Shown piece after piece: positions 35,892 to 36,245 of a DNA stretch of 36,245 bases. Within the stretch, counting starts at the first letter, position 1; every line of letters begins with the position of its first letter. Made by a program: the position numbers and the translations under genes. Origin of the DNA: Chloroflexia bacterium (GTDB taxonomy: Bacteria > Chloroflexota > Chloroflexia > Thermomicrobiales > UBA6265). Where the stretch lies: assembly GCA_030430125.1 (NCBI GenBank), contig JAUIGA010000001.1:1-36245 (forward strand). Direction: 5' to 3'. The notes beneath the pieces were generated by a model. The model was not told where the DNA came from. It made no database searches and saw only the letters and a program-made list of their open reading frames with translations.

Positions 35892-36095
35892 TGTGCCAAA
35901 TCCGGAAAGGTGCAAATTCGCGACCGCTGGCGCTTCCCATCATGCGCGGTGGGTACCTCAGCACGTCGCCCGCTTCAGCGGTCGGCAGTGGGGTGGTCGC
36001 GACGGCACTGCGATGCAAAGGGGTGCGACCTTCGAGACGACGCGAGATTCGGGATTCGGAACGACGCGGACGCATGGATCGAGGAGCTTGTACAC

Positions 36096-36245
36096 ATGTC
36101 TGTACGGAAGGCGATCGGTGGCAATCAGACGCGACGAGACCTGATCAAGACCGGAGCCGCGTTGTCGGCCGCAGCGGCTGGCATCAGCGCCAGCTCGACG
36201 TTGGCGCAGGATGGCGAGCCAATCGACCTGGAGCAGTGGAGCCCG
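36096..36245 (+). CDS. N-terminus of a Tat-signal exported protein, probably a solute-binding protein; partial, continues beyond the window
   Basis: ATG 36096 lies 9 nt after GAGGAG. The sequence MSVRKAIGGNQTRRDLIKTGAALSAAAAGISASSTLAQDG is a textbook twin-arginine signal. Third-position G/C is high. Function cannot be assigned from 50 residues. Confidence 0.6.
   Translation, partial: MSVRKAIGGNQTRRDLIKTGAALSAAAAGISASSTLAQDGEPIDLEQWSP

Noticed and set aside
35898-36095. Cobalamin riboswitch in the leader of the Tat-signal gene (GGAAAGGTGCAAATTCGCGACCGCTGG loosely recalls the GGGAA..GGTG.AAATCC..GCCACTG core)
   Set aside because: The P4-type hairpin cannot form, with only about 2 bp. The B12 box is imperfect (CCGCTG, not CCACTG), and the 3' AGCCAGGA..CCTGCC-type elements are missing. 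The resemblance is too weak without a cmscan result.
35425-36245. ORFs in the aspA/Tat-gene gap (35425-36075 minus, 35610-35873 minus, 35803-36144 plus, and an open frame-2 ORF from ATG 35675 to the window end)
   Set aside because: None has an RBS. Their compositions are Arg/Cys/Trp-rich and non-protein-like, and they conflict with the well-supported Tat-signal reading frame that starts at 36096.

Overview
High-GC bacterial chromosomal window, roughly two-thirds G+C by eye. Gene content and Shine-Dalgarno-rich starts suggest a Chloroflexota/Thermomicrobia-like or actinobacterial-type organism, but I cannot verify this without a search. I support about 27 protein genes. In order:
- partial M16 peptidase tail, MOSC protein, membrane-anchored sulfite-oxidase-family Mo enzyme, HAD-IIA hydrolase, pyruvate kinase
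- MacB/FtsX-type ABC exporter (ATPase plus 1011-aa double-FtsX permease)
- OpuC-like compatible-solute ABC importer (permease, binding protein, ATPase, permease)
- membrane protein with an acidic disordered tail, M20 peptidase, 2-hydroxyacid dehydrogenase
- ECF sigma / zinc anti-sigma / SIMPL module
- oligoendopeptidase F, release factor 3, a 129-aa basic zinc-ribbon protein
- copper island: CopA (P1B-1), STAND-TPR-LuxR regulator, CopZ, His-rich CopB (P1B-3)
- trehalose-6-P synthase, aspartate ammonia-lyase, and the start of a Tat-signal exported protein

No rRNA, tRNA, CRISPR, transposase or integrase was recognised. I do not see a convincing wholly new multi-gene system. The most unusual signals are:
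1. A dispersed family of GC hairpins with an invariant CTTGT/ACAAG loop and covarying stems. It includes a 2.8-copy 94-bp tandem array and an exact 22-mer present at three loci.
2. Two near-identical CsoR-type operators over the copA and copZ-copB promoters, with no csoR gene in the window and a STAND/TPR/LuxR regulator lying between the two operons.
3. An uncharacterised zinc-ribbon gene divergent from copA.
4. A 667-bp gene-free divergent region with a near-consensus promoter and a ~200-nt structured leader.

Many very long antisense ORFs in the supplied track are judged to be GC-driven artefacts.
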